From: an uncultured virus (IMG/VR IMGVR_UViG_3300030116_004105) | Lineage: Duplodnaviria > Heunggongvirae > Uroviricota > Caudoviricetes | IMG/VR virus record: IMGVR_UViG_3300030116_004105 | Span: 1 to 64,000 of that record | DNA: 64,000 nucleotides | Strand: one strand, 5' to 3' | Shown here: in pieces, positions 27,101 to 36,333 of the stretch | Layout of the letters: each line of letters opens with the position of its first letter | How positions within the stretch are numbered: the first letter of the stretch is position 1 | Notes under the pieces: generated by a model | Database searches by the model: none | Seen by the model: the letters and a program-made list of their open reading frames with translations, nothing else | Told to the model about the DNA's origin: nothing | Made by a program: the position numbers and the translations under genes

Positions 27101-29121
27101 ATGTATCTATTATCTATAATTGCAGCATAAGCTGTAGGTAGATTATTTAGTACTGCATCATTTGTTCTTTGTTGTGCTTCTTGGGTACTCATAAAAAACT
27201 CACCATCATTAGGCGATCCAACAATACCAGTTATACCCTCTGGAGTTGTATACTCTGTGTTATAAGTTGGGGCATTTTTAATAATATAAGAACCTCCCCA
27301 AAAAGAATTTAATCCAAGTATTAAGCTTTGAAGTGTGCTTAGATACTCAGTAGCTTTAATACCAGCTGGTTTAGTACCAGAATCAGGGTCTAAGTATGTA
27401 ACCTCACCCCCATTTGGTATTTGTGTATTTATATTTATATACGCTCTAGTTGAATTTTCAACACTACCTCCAGGTATAAATGTTACTTTTCTAGTAAAGT
27501 CTTGAGTATAATAAGGAACAAGTTTATTTATAACAAACTCTACATACTCTTTTTCGTCAGAGTTCCATAAACCTCCTTCTACTTCTTCTGAATAGTTTCC
27601 TTCTATATACTGAGGTGTGCTATCAAGTTTATTTTGTAAATTAAGTTTTCTTTGATTATAGTGATCGATATTTGATTGATATGTAGCTGGATTATAGCCT
27701 CCCACTTGATCAATAATCTCATCTATATTTGCAACATCGGCACTGGCTTTTTCTACATCTCTAAGAGCTAAATCATAAGTGTCATTGTATATAGAATAGG
27801 TAAAAGGTGGCTTTAAATCTTCATTAACATGTCTGCCTAGATAACTAGATAGTTCATTTTTATTTACATACCCTGCAACTAAACTACCTCTACCAACAAA
27901 AGACTCTGCTGCAAGTGTTCCATCTTCACCTACATTAGGTGATGCGAATATGTCATATCTTGCTAGTGTCAAGTCAAAATAAGCATGTCCTGCACCTACA
28001 GTATGAAAAAACTCATGATAAAATGTATCAGCTGTTATAGCACCAATATTAGTATTTATTATAGCTCCGGCATAAGGAGTTGAAGTTGCTGATAAATTAT
28101 TTATACTGTTAAATTGAGACTGATTAATTACATAAGAAAAGTTTTTTAATATTGATTTACCCGTGGACTCATAGTGACCATGAGCAAAAATAAATGTATC
28201 ACCTTCTAATTCAGGATAATTTACTGCGTCAGTTGCACTACCAATAGTAATTCTACCTATATTTCCTGAGAACGAATTTCCATTTACAATTCTTTGTATT
28301 TGTTGTAATTTATTATAAAACTCTAAATTAAAAATATTTAAATCCCAATCAATACGTCCAGGATAATCTTGGTGAAAAGTAAAATATTCTTCATAGAAAT
28401 ATGTTGGAATTGACTGCCCTAACTTTTCAAACGCATCTAGCACGTTAACATATAAGTAGTCTTCACTAAATAAGCCTGCTAATAAATACTCTGATTTAAT
28501 TATTGTTGGAAAAAAGAATTGAATATTTACTTTAGATTCTTGTAAAGATTTAAAAGGAACATATTCCTCTATATATTGCCCACTAGTTGGGCTATTTCGA
28601 TCTGTATCTAAAATTTGTTCTCCTGTATAATATCCAAAAGTTCTTAAGTCTGCAGTTCTAACATCATATATTAAATCAACATCATTAATAGAATTAGGAG
28701 TATTATTAGGAACCACTATTCCTGTTATATCTCGTATGTCTTCACTTGGTAAATCAGTGTTATTACTAAAAAGTTTATTTAATTTACCTACAGCGTATAC
28801 TACATTATCATAAATTTGTTGTGATTGTACGCTAATACCAGATAAAGTAACTGATGAAGGAATATTTGAGTGATATTTACGAACAACTATTACAGGCACA
28901 TAAACAGTTTCACAGGAGCCATCTGCGCAATCAACTCCTCCAGAACTACTAGAGCGAGAACTTAGTATTGCATCTACAACACTACCTAATCTAAAATATA
29001 AATCTTCTTCAGAGTTACCATGGTCCAAAACACAAGTATGCTTTGAATCAGTTGATTCATATATTTTAGAATAGTTATTTAATCTATCCACTCCTACTGA
29101 TATATAGGGTCTTTTAGCCAT
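24139..29121 (-). CDS. Large 1660-aa protein with a metzincin Zn-metalloprotease motif (M43/pappalysin-like)
   Basis: HEFFHTVGAGH at 27985-28017, N-terminal YVPVIVV strand and GCTD repeats. Confidence 0.7.
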   Translation of the reverse strand: MAKRPYISVGVDRLNNYSKIYESTDSKHTCVLDHGNSEEDLYFRLGSVVDAILSSRSSSSGGVDCADGSCETVYVPVIVVRKYHSNIPSSVTLSGISVQSQQIYDNVVYAVGKLNKLFSNNTDLPSEDIRDITGIVVPNNTPNSINDVDLIYDVRTADLRTFGYYTGEQILDTDRNSPTSGQYIEEYVPFKSLQESKVNIQFFFPTIIKSEYLLAGLFSEDYLYVNVLDAFEKLGQSIPTYFYEEYFTFHQDYPGRIDWDLNIFNLEFYNKLQQIQRIVNGNSFSGNIGRITIGSATDAVNYPELEGDTFIFAHGHYESTGKSILKNFSYVINQSQFNSINNLSATSTPYAGAIINTNIGAITADTFYHEFFHTVGAGHAYFDLTLARYDIFASPNVGEDGTLAAESFVGRGSLVAGYVNKNELSSYLGRHVNEDLKPPFTYSIYNDTYDLALRDVEKASADVANIDEIIDQVGGYNPATYQSNIDHYNQRKLNLQNKLDSTPQYIEGNYSEEVEGGLWNSDEKEYVEFVINKLVPYYTQDFTRKVTFIPGGSVENSTRAYININTQIPNGGEVTYLDPDSGTKPAGIKATEYLSTLQSLILGLNSFWGGSYIIKNAPTYNTEYTTPEGITGIVGSPNDGEFFMSTQEAQQRTNDAVLNNLPTAYAAIIDNRYINLIVTSEADPEARDQEVLRVDLLADNSIITEIVVNPTDIDGNRIGPDVTTRRPFCVLNSQGEQTNSVDPFFIHNFNAYNPDFPAYPNNTPVTDLTRETYCPCLYESQTYYDGSELLLEYKVLGPNANPWALHQIYSKNYCKRDSGLDGSSVTTTDNTTIINSYGTYGTRISTTGYQYGSYIQGDGEMTTVDKTADRAAAMWLFNTHNHENLNNSGAILKMHEYNDGTFLNLPYVIGYCGFNWMTTLPNSYQIERKTILQDYTNYGNNSIGDENRDYILKIRNEQFYMPEDLYILPPVSKDVSLLNHKRRLRLCASGLNEDNYTLYMGTYPGGENIKSRYAVGSTEPRNPYYNPLAKHFSETAGYIAHSGTAADSTHLFDPNPKQEYYKDLYGEYNPLYMNELSVYEGVGANMEHRFMDHDFVRAANVYFNSDSDVPVMYRQVWADEQAYKENPVPLTPNSIAQFLDYFALVVKGTNLDTWVGGCTDPDKFNYNPDANYDDGTCIDHIYGCTQEWAINYMYQGATQEVFLSGYGLGTHNPNINTDDGSCFTLLCTDPAASGDFSAGFNATLFNQAVNYGGLESIIEGQSELVGLDELDPNNNSLCQYTVTSVKPIVKLVCIDSRIPDNKGLEFCNNNEPISYYRNTATGEINGFIPAEERELVQDTSLSDFVDFPYGETVLNTSSFDPAEGKVFLLTTNSNHIYNIQTENGDDFPSASPDGHLIETDDDMFNDALLQALREVCGLEVVDGYNQLPVFKRQRRYNCIENPILPDGSGGCYLLSYANTTVTNKLQGCVSAPVDYVTPQNCNNQEAFTGGYITDATFFSMYDEFIASSEGSCDSVETSQGKYIVGTSTLGEIVDGTSLSLSQDQRNYYSDSIETVRKYLNPKQYRYSRVSVPYFMNVSVLLFDGSGNAYTGYFIVISLYGIEERKYYAFDIDTGVQLYELFYSKNFIPGLALPSNAQEERAKKMRKVINKITNLTIFTDN

Positions 29122-30704
29122 TATATAAAGTTATCAGTTATGTTATTAATTTTAGATACTGTGTCTGACATATTAATAGCTCTAGTAGAGGTATTAAAGT
29201 TAGAATCGTAGATATAAAGAGATCCAGTTATATCTTGATCTCGTCTAGTTTTATCATCACAAAGTAATGCTGGATCTGTTATAGGGTCGTCGACATCAAA
29301 AAAATTGTCATCTATAGATGTACATTTACTAGGTAAACCATGATTTAAAATATGATTTAAAACTCCGCCATATATATTACCTTTATCATCTAAGTAATTT
29401 AATCCAATATTTGCATGCATTCTTAATGCTTGATTAGGAGTAAATCCATACCTCATATTTAAAACGTCTGAATATATGGTATCAGACATAACATTGTTTG
29501 TTCTAGTTGCCTTGAAATTATCGTCATTATATACTGTTGTATCTATACAATACTCTGCATCTAGTAATCCACCTTCAATAATTGTATTATAATAAATAGT
29601 AGGTGAAGAGTCTGGACTGCAATCTGCACAAAAATCCTTTTTTGTAAAGTCATAGTAAACACAGTTATTATTACAAGAGTCAGTATAGTAACTATCATCA
29701 ATATTATCTAATCCCGCTTGAAGAATATTACCTATCCCTATAGAGGTTTCAAATTGATTAAAAGTATTAAGATTTGCTAATCCAAATGCATGCCCTAAAC
29801 CTTTTAATAGTGGTTTAGCTGGATGTATTCTAGCTCCATAATAAGCAATGGCAGGATTAACAGCCCCAATACCCTCCTCAATTTCTATTGTAGATCTTCT
29901 AACTTCCGTATGAACCTTATCTTTCCCTCTATATGCATAACCTAGCCCAGAATCTCCTAAAGCCCAAAAAGGAAGTGTTATAGAGAACTCTTCCTCATCA
30001 CCATTGTCAAATATAAAAGGGTTATTAGAAACACAAGATATATGTCCTCCATATAAATTTTCAGAAAATGTGTTTATTAAAAAAACATTTATAGCTGATT
30101 TACCTGCTCTTTGATCTTTTGATTTATATATTTGATTATAGGCTATATCGTGAATAGTATTTAAAGGCACACCAATAACATCTTGTTTATCTATTACAGA
30201 TTTCTTACCAGAGTCCCTAGTATACCAAGACATTGAATTATTAACTTTTGCTCCAAACTCTGCATAAGAAACAGTTCTTACTTCTCCGTTAGGTAATTGA
30301 ATACGAGAAACAATATTAGATCCATTTACAATATTTACACCCGCAAGAGGGCTATTGTTAATTACTGCAGGACAAAATTTAATGTTTGCAGTCTTAAATA
30401 CTTCATTTATTCTTTGTAATAATATATTTACCTTAAATTGAAATTTTCCAGAATCTTCTCTCCCACGTATTAAAGAAGGGTCATCTACAATAAAATGAAA
30501 TACAATTGGAAAAGTTTTAATTGAGGTATTTACAGTAGACGGTCTACCACCTAAGAATCTAGATATATCTGATGAAATAGCATTTTCATAAATACTTAAA
30601 TCTATATTATTTTTAGATTCTGCAGCTTGAGATAATAAATCATACCAGTTATCTATGGCATATTTATATGTACTATTTTGGAATAAAAAGTCTGCTACTG
30701 CCAT
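29121..30704 (-). CDS. M43-like metalloprotease homologue with a degenerate Zn site
   Basis: FPIVFHFI, INEVF...NIKFC, AINVF, KGLGHAFGLAN in place of HExxHxxGxxH, and a Met-turn-like NNVMSD. Confidence 0.55.
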   Translation of the reverse strand: MAVADFLFQNSTYKYAIDNWYDLLSQAAESKNNIDLSIYENAISSDISRFLGGRPSTVNTSIKTFPIVFHFIVDDPSLIRGREDSGKFQFKVNILLQRINEVFKTANIKFCPAVINNSPLAGVNIVNGSNIVSRIQLPNGEVRTVSYAEFGAKVNNSMSWYTRDSGKKSVIDKQDVIGVPLNTIHDIAYNQIYKSKDQRAGKSAINVFLINTFSENLYGGHISCVSNNPFIFDNGDEEEFSITLPFWALGDSGLGYAYRGKDKVHTEVRRSTIEIEEGIGAVNPAIAYYGARIHPAKPLLKGLGHAFGLANLNTFNQFETSIGIGNILQAGLDNIDDSYYTDSCNNNCVYYDFTKKDFCADCSPDSSPTIYYNTIIEGGLLDAEYCIDTTVYNDDNFKATRTNNVMSDTIYSDVLNMRYGFTPNQALRMHANIGLNYLDDKGNIYGGVLNHILNHGLPSKCTSIDDNFFDVDDPITDPALLCDDKTRRDQDITGSLYIYDSNFNTSTRAINMSDTVSKINNITDNFI

Positions 30705-30708
30705 TTAA

Positions 30709-31278
30709 TTATATGGTTTTTAAAATCTCTAATAAACTTTTAGCTAATAAAGCTTCTTTAATGTCTGAGTCATCACAATCCTCACACCCAAGATTAACCA
30801 CACTCATCATTTTCTCTACAGCTTTCTGAGAGTTGCATATACTTTTAAATTCAACTTTAAACTCTTGACTATAGTTTTGTTGAATATCATTAAAGTTAAT
30901 TACTACTTCATATAATGTATCCTCTACAACTTCTTGCATGGCATTATATGCTTCTGGTAATTCTGGAAGATTGGCTACTTCCGTAGAAATATCATATGAT
31001 GGTATTGAAACCTTAAAACCTCGATACGAATCTTCAGCTGGATAATATACAATATTACCAAAATTAGGAACAGCTATAGGTACAACATATTGCTCTCCGT
31101 CTATTACTACATAGACAACAATGTGAGCTTGTATATTGTAAGTATCTCTGTTACCGTTTATATTAAATCCTCCCCAACCACCTGGATTGGAATCTGAATA
31201 ACCTCCAGTTACATCTTCTATAACTAAGTTTTTACAATCTTCTGAGGTTCTTATATCTAGTTTTAAGTCTAAAGGCAT
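30709..31278 (-). CDS. Putative tail hub/structural protein
   Basis: DVTGGY...NPGGWG N-terminus and C-terminal CEDC; position after the capsid block. Confidence 0.5.
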   Translation of the reverse strand: MPLDLKLDIRTSEDCKNLVIEDVTGGYSDSNPGGWGGFNINGNRDTYNIQAHIVVYVVIDGEQYVVPIAVPNFGNIVYYPAEDSYRGFKVSIPSYDISTEVANLPELPEAYNAMQEVVEDTLYEVVINFNDIQQNYSQEFKVEFKSICNSQKAVEKMMSVVNLGCEDCDDSDIKEALLAKSLLEILKTI

Positions 31279-31289
31279 AGGTAAAAATT

Positions 31290-31323
31290 AAAAAAGGGCA
31301 GACAGAAAAGCTGCCTGCCCTTT
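31290..31323 (-). terminator. Intrinsic terminator after the capsid operon
   Basis: AAAGGGCAG...CTGCCCTTT stem with an A run at 31290-31295 (U tract on the minus strand). Confidence 0.75.
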
Positions 31324-31345
31324 AATTATTAATATAAAATATTTA

Positions 31346-32638
31346 TTAACTAGCTGCTAAAATATCTGTAATTCCATCAATGTTAACAACAAGATCATTT
31401 AAGTGATCTTGTAAACTGTCAGCATCTCCAGGAAGAGCTAGTACAACAGTGCCTTTGATTGGTCCTCCTGCTGCAATTGCATTACTATCATTTCCAGGTA
31501 ATACATAATCAAAACTAATAAGATCATATGGTTGAGCTACATCAGCTTTTAATTCAGCATAAGATTCAACAGAAGGGAAACCATTACCAGTCCAAGTACC
31601 AGATCCTGGAGAGTTCTTAGAAAGACCAAACCATTCTAAATCTGAAATTGCTTCTCCAGCAGTATTAGATTTTGCTGCTTCAGTACTTGTATCAGAAACA
31701 GTATCACCAAACCCGTCTAATTGGAAATCAAATACAACTTTGTGGTAAGGGTATAAACCTGCTTTATAATATGCATCTAAACCTGTTAATTTAATACCAC
31801 AATTAGAAGCATTCATAACTGCAGCTGTAAGAGATTTAGAATCTGCTCCAGAAGCACCAGCTTCTTGAGAAGGTATATCTAAAGTAATGTTAGAACCACT
31901 AACCGCTTTAATTCTGTATACAGGAACACTTGCACCAGAAGTTTGACGAAGATACATACCTGCACTTAATTCGTGATCAGCTGCAGATGCAACTACTTGA
32001 TCAGAACCACGAGTCCAAGTTAAAGTTGTAGAGTTAGCAGTATCTACTTCAGTAGTAGCTGCTGAAAAGCGTTGAACTGCTACTTTAGCTCTGTTAGGAC
32101 CCACTGTAGAACCATCAGCAAAATCCATAGCTCCTATTTTTTGAACAATACCATTTGCAATTTCAATTTGACTTGCATTTCCATCAGATACGTACTCAAA
32201 AAAGTATTGATCTTTTTGTTCAGAATACAACTCGCTATCATTAATAAAGTTTAATCGTAAAGTATAACGATTAGAGTTTATTACATCAATTGAGTTTCCA
32301 GTATTAACATCAGTATACCCAATGTTAGAAATTTGTTCTGCTTCTGCAATAGCACCTGCACCGTTTGAAGCATCACCATGCTCGACAACTGCACCTTTTC
32401 TAATATCATCAAATTTGATAAAAGGAGAAGCTTTTAAAGAACCATCAGTATTAAGTTGTACAACTCTAAATACATCACCTGTAGTTAAAGCTGTAGTGTT
32501 TGCTAGTAAACCAGATTCTAGTTCAATTGCAAACTCACTAGTGTCTGTAGATGCAGCAGTTAAATCTGCTATTGTCTTAGAAGCACCGTGAAAGAATTTT
32601 CCGATAAATATATCGAAATTATGTCCGTAAATTGCCAT
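31346..32638 (-). CDS. Putative auxiliary capsid/structural protein
   Basis: 430 aa, acidic and A/S/T/D-rich; last gene before a terminator in the MCP operon. Confidence 0.55.
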   Translation of the reverse strand: MAIYGHNFDIFIGKFFHGASKTIADLTAASTDTSEFAIELESGLLANTTALTTGDVFRVVQLNTDGSLKASPFIKFDDIRKGAVVEHGDASNGAGAIAEAEQISNIGYTDVNTGNSIDVINSNRYTLRLNFINDSELYSEQKDQYFFEYVSDGNASQIEIANGIVQKIGAMDFADGSTVGPNRAKVAVQRFSAATTEVDTANSTTLTWTRGSDQVVASAADHELSAGMYLRQTSGASVPVYRIKAVSGSNITLDIPSQEAGASGADSKSLTAAVMNASNCGIKLTGLDAYYKAGLYPYHKVVFDFQLDGFGDTVSDTSTEAAKSNTAGEAISDLEWFGLSKNSPGSGTWTGNGFPSVESYAELKADVAQPYDLISFDYVLPGNDSNAIAAGGPIKGTVVLALPGDADSLQDHLNDLVVNIDGITDILAAS

Positions 32639-32664
32639 TTGTTTTCTATTTTAAAAATTAACTA

Positions 32665-33201
32665 TTAATTGTCTAATGTAATATCCGCTACATTAGTGCA
32701 GAATGCTTTCACAAACCATGAAGTACCATCAGATACTAGAGATACTCTATCTCCTTTCATAGCTGAAGTTGCGAAAGTAATCTTTGTATTTGCAGCCACA
32801 CCAGTGTCACCATCAGTACCTGCATTTTCTTTCTCAGAAGTAAAGACATGACCAAAGAAATCTTCCGAAGCAGCAGCTTGAACAATAGTACAAGCAGTTG
32901 TTGCATTATTTGCTGTTAGGATAATTTCAAAGTTAAGTCCTTCTTCGCAAGAAGGTAAAGTAATATCAACTCCTGTAGGTCCCATAAGAATTATTTTACC
33001 AGAGTCACTTGATAGTAAAGTAGCGTCTGCAGTAACTGTTTTAGTTGCTACAACACCCATTCTACTAGCAGCAGTCTGACTAACATAATCCCCAACAAGA
33101 TCATTAAAATCTTGTGCTCGAACTGGAGTGTTACCAACTAGTCCTCCTTTATTAAAAGAAGGAGCTACATTAGCATTTGTTATTTTTGCTGTTCTTGCCA
33201 T
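32665..33201 (-). CDS. Putative head fiber/decoration protein
   Basis: TVTADATLLSSDSGKII...ITLP...GD-V-LVSDGTSWFV beta module. Confidence 0.5.
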   Translation of the reverse strand: MARTAKITNANVAPSFNKGGLVGNTPVRAQDFNDLVGDYVSQTAASRMGVVATKTVTADATLLSSDSGKIILMGPTGVDITLPSCEEGLNFEIILTANNATTACTIVQAAASEDFFGHVFTSEKENAGTDGDTGVAANTKITFATSAMKGDRVSLVSDGTSWFVKAFCTNVADITLDN

Positions 33202-33202
33202 T

Positions 33203-33931
33203 TTATTCTATTTCATTAAGTTCTATTTTACTTGATTGGTATCGTGGACTCTCTATTCCTTCTAGAGCTTCTACGACAGCCATCCTTACAATCTCTCTGT
33301 GTGTATGATTAGGTAAGATACAATCTTGTCCAGATGATATACTTAAAGGTTCTCTAATATAGTGTAAAATGTATTGACTTATAGCAGTATCTTCTGAATG
33401 AATTAATATTACTTGTTTATTGTAATCTTCATCAGAACTATCTAGTCTATACACACTATTTTTTTCAGGCTTATTAAAAGGGTCATCCATAATTTTTGTA
33501 TAACGATCATGCGTTATAGGTTTTACAGAAACTCTTATTAGGTTAGCATCATCCTGATTTTCTTGTGAAGAAGAACTAGGAATAACTAAAGCCTCTTCCA
33601 TTATAGAATGCCTATATCCTCCACTAAATGTCCCAGAAGACGGTAGAGTAAAAGTAGCACTGTTAGGAATAACTCCTGTAGCTAAACCTTCTATATCTGG
33701 ATTGTTAATTCTAATACGACTTATTAATGTTCGTAGATCATCTCTACGTTTCTGATCTTCTTCAAAAGAAGTTCGTCTTACATTATTACCAAATGCCCGT
33801 TTGTTTACAAATTTATCTTGGGATATATTCAAAAGCTTGTCTATTTCTTCTGAAAGAAATAAAGGGTTAGCAGATGAATCTACCTTATCCATTAAAAATT
33901 TAAACTCACTATGCATTTGATCTCTAGTCAT
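33203..33931 (-). CDS. Head-tail adaptor ring protein (crAss gene74-like)
   Basis: EEIDKLLNISQ, FEEDQKRRDDLRTL and YIREP...LPNHTHREIVRMAV motifs. Confidence 0.65.
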   Translation of the reverse strand: MTRDQMHSEFKFLMDKVDSSANPLFLSEEIDKLLNISQDKFVNKRAFGNNVRRTSFEEDQKRRDDLRTLISRIRINNPDIEGLATGVIPNSATFTLPSSGTFSGGYRHSIMEEALVIPSSSSQENQDDANLIRVSVKPITHDRYTKIMDDPFNKPEKNSVYRLDSSDEDYNKQVILIHSEDTAISQYILHYIREPLSISSGQDCILPNHTHREIVRMAVVEALEGIESPRYQSSKIELNEIE

Positions 33932-33932
33932 A

Positions 33933-34808
33933 CTACTTTGCTATAGACATTTTACCTTTTAAATCTAAATACACTTCCTGATTATCAGGATTTTGTAAAT
34001 ATTCAATAGTCTGCTCAAGTGTGTAACCTACAACATCTCCACCTGGAAGTTGATATTTAGTACCATTTTTTACAAGAACTCTTGCTGCTAAACAATCGTC
34101 AATAAAAGCTCTCATTTTAAATGTTGGGTCTTCTACAGTATTAATAAAATCTTGAGGATCTTCAGTTACAATTTTATCAAGCTGTGCTTCAACAAAATCA
34201 ATAGATGATTCATCACCTGCTCTTTTACCCATAACTTTAAGAACGTCTCTCATTTCTGTAGTAGACATGTTACTAAATATTTTGTAAGCTCTACGCTTAA
34301 GTTTAGACTTTTGGTTTTCTACTTTTGCTTCTTGCTCATCAGATGTCATTACATACTCTGCAAATGGTGTATCAAAACGTTCCATCTCAGAGTTTGCAAC
34401 TCTTTGGTGAGCTTTTAAAACTAAGTATTTAACCTCATCTTCTGGATTAGCTAAATCTAAAACAACTCCTTCTTTAGGTACATCTACTTTAAAATTTGCC
34501 CAATAATCTCTATTGTACTTAGATAGTGTACCTGGAGCCATATGCATTTTAGTTTCAAGACGAACTTCGTCTTCCTCAGTCATTCCAGTATTAAGTACTC
34601 CTGTACCTTTTGCTGCCTGAACAGTTAAACGCTCAAAGCATTTAGAATAACGGAGGCTCCCGTCGTGATCGTCGGGAAGCCATCCGTGTTTCTTTATAGG
34701 TTTAAGAGTAACTTTATCTCTTCTAACACTTTCTCTCTTCACTGGAGCAGTCTTTACTACCTCAGATACTTCTGGAGTAGTTTCTGTTTTTGCTACTTTT
34801 TTTGCCAT
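33933..34808 (-). CDS. Conserved crAss protein downstream of MCP (gene75-like)
   Basis: LDLANPEDEVKY motif; directly after the MCP. Confidence 0.6.
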   Translation of the reverse strand: MAKKVAKTETTPEVSEVVKTAPVKRESVRRDKVTLKPIKKHGWLPDDHDGSLRYSKCFERLTVQAAKGTGVLNTGMTEEDEVRLETKMHMAPGTLSKYNRDYWANFKVDVPKEGVVLDLANPEDEVKYLVLKAHQRVANSEMERFDTPFAEYVMTSDEQEAKVENQKSKLKRRAYKIFSNMSTTEMRDVLKVMGKRAGDESSIDFVEAQLDKIVTEDPQDFINTVEDPTFKMRAFIDDCLAARVLVKNGTKYQLPGGDVVGYTLEQTIEYLQNPDNQEVYLDLKGKMSIAK

Positions 34809-34836
34809 CTTCTTTCGTGTTTATTGTTTAATTATC

Positions 34837-36288
34837 TTATACTTCTGACGAGTAAATCAATTCCGCACAAGACATTGGGTTTTGAATTAAAACACCTTGT
34901 TGCGCTTGAGCAAATAATTGATAACCATCCACAGGAGATGAAGAACCTGATGAGAACGATGTGTTTGGTCCTAACGGTGAAGTTGAACCAGCAACGTGCC
35001 ACATTAATTCTTTACGTCCTTTAGGATATACTCGACGAATATTCTTCTCACCACCTGAAGTACCCATGTTTAGGATAGTGTAACGGTAAGACTCAGTGTA
35101 TCCACCTTTTGGATGTGGCACACGGTTACGAATCTCATCATCATACATTGGTAAGTGAACTAGAGTAAACTTGATACCTTGTGGTCCCATGTATTCTCTG
35201 TACTGACCTTGGAATGATAAGTTTTGTCCCGCACCACCGATACGCTTAGAGTCTAATGGTTGGAATCTTGCAGCGTGGTTTTCAAGAGCTCTGTGGAATT
35301 GTACCATACCTCTTTCACCTGTAAACGCTACAAAGTGACGCTGATCTTCTGGAAGTAAGTTAATTGATAAGTTCAATAATACATCTTCTAGATAGTCAAT
35401 TGTAAAGTCTGTATAATGGAATTTGTAAGACGGAGAAATTTGCTCACGTAAACCTGCACCTTCAACGATAGCAGATCCAGAAGCACCCATCATATCATAA
35501 GTACCATTAACTTGTTTATTAGACTTAGAGAACCAAAGCATACGCTCTTTTTCTTTCATCCACTGACACATAAACTCATACTCAGCGTATTGAGTCCAGA
35601 TCTTAGTAGTCGCATTTGACTTAGGATCCATCATCTCAATAACTAGAGGACGTTGGTGCATGTTACCAGGAATAGTGTAAGTCTTAGATAAGAAAGACAT
35701 TGCATTACGCATTTTGAATGGAGAACTGTAATGAGTTTCACCGTAAGTTCTATTCAAAGTTCTTTCTTGTGGAGAGTACTCTTTACTTGCACGTGATCCC
35801 GCAGAAATTAAACTTGGAGGAATAAAGTCTGCAGCATTTGAAGTCATTAAAGCACAAGGGTATACATAAATAGACCCTTCCATATAAGGTTCTTGCATTA
35901 CACGAACAGCTGTTTCACCATCATCTAATACTAACTTATCAGACATAGCAAAGTATTTTTCTGCCATTCTAAGATTTACAATAGCCCCATATTGACCAGG
36001 CTTAGCAGAAAGTCCGCCTCCACTATAACCTTGAATAACTATAGCTTTCTCATCGTCACCTTTTAGGTACCACTCGAAATCGTTATCTGTGTCAAGCTCT
36101 TGCTCTCCACCACCTACAGATAGGAAGTAATCCATACCTGCGTATTGATTCATACCGAATACTCTACTAATGATATTAGATACCAAAGTAGGCTCGGCAG
36201 CAAATACGCTTCCTAGGTGGTTCTCTGTCGTAAGGCCAGACCAGCTCTTAGGAGCGTACAATTGTAATGAACTAATTGTGTTTGCCAT
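34837..36288 (-). CDS. Major capsid protein
   Basis: 483 aa with the crAss MCP-like GLTTENHL N-terminus, GAGLREQI and TGERGM; portal-scaffold-MCP synteny. Confidence 0.85.
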   Translation of the reverse strand: MANTISSLQLYAPKSWSGLTTENHLGSVFAAEPTLVSNIISRVFGMNQYAGMDYFLSVGGGEQELDTDNDFEWYLKGDDEKAIVIQGYSGGGLSAKPGQYGAIVNLRMAEKYFAMSDKLVLDDGETAVRVMQEPYMEGSIYVYPCALMTSNAADFIPPSLISAGSRASKEYSPQERTLNRTYGETHYSSPFKMRNAMSFLSKTYTIPGNMHQRPLVIEMMDPKSNATTKIWTQYAEYEFMCQWMKEKERMLWFSKSNKQVNGTYDMMGASGSAIVEGAGLREQISPSYKFHYTDFTIDYLEDVLLNLSINLLPEDQRHFVAFTGERGMVQFHRALENHAARFQPLDSKRIGGAGQNLSFQGQYREYMGPQGIKFTLVHLPMYDDEIRNRVPHPKGGYTESYRYTILNMGTSGGEKNIRRVYPKGRKELMWHVAGSTSPLGPNTSFSSGSSSPVDGYQLFAQAQQGVLIQNPMSCAELIYSSEV

Positions 36289-36333
36289 TTTAATTTAAAT
36301 TTAATTATTACTTGTTGTTTATATAAATAGCTC

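Noticed and set aside
12666..30704. Diversity-generating retroelement acting on tail genes
   Set aside because: No reverse transcriptase in the window and no adenine-variant TR/VR pair noticed by eye.
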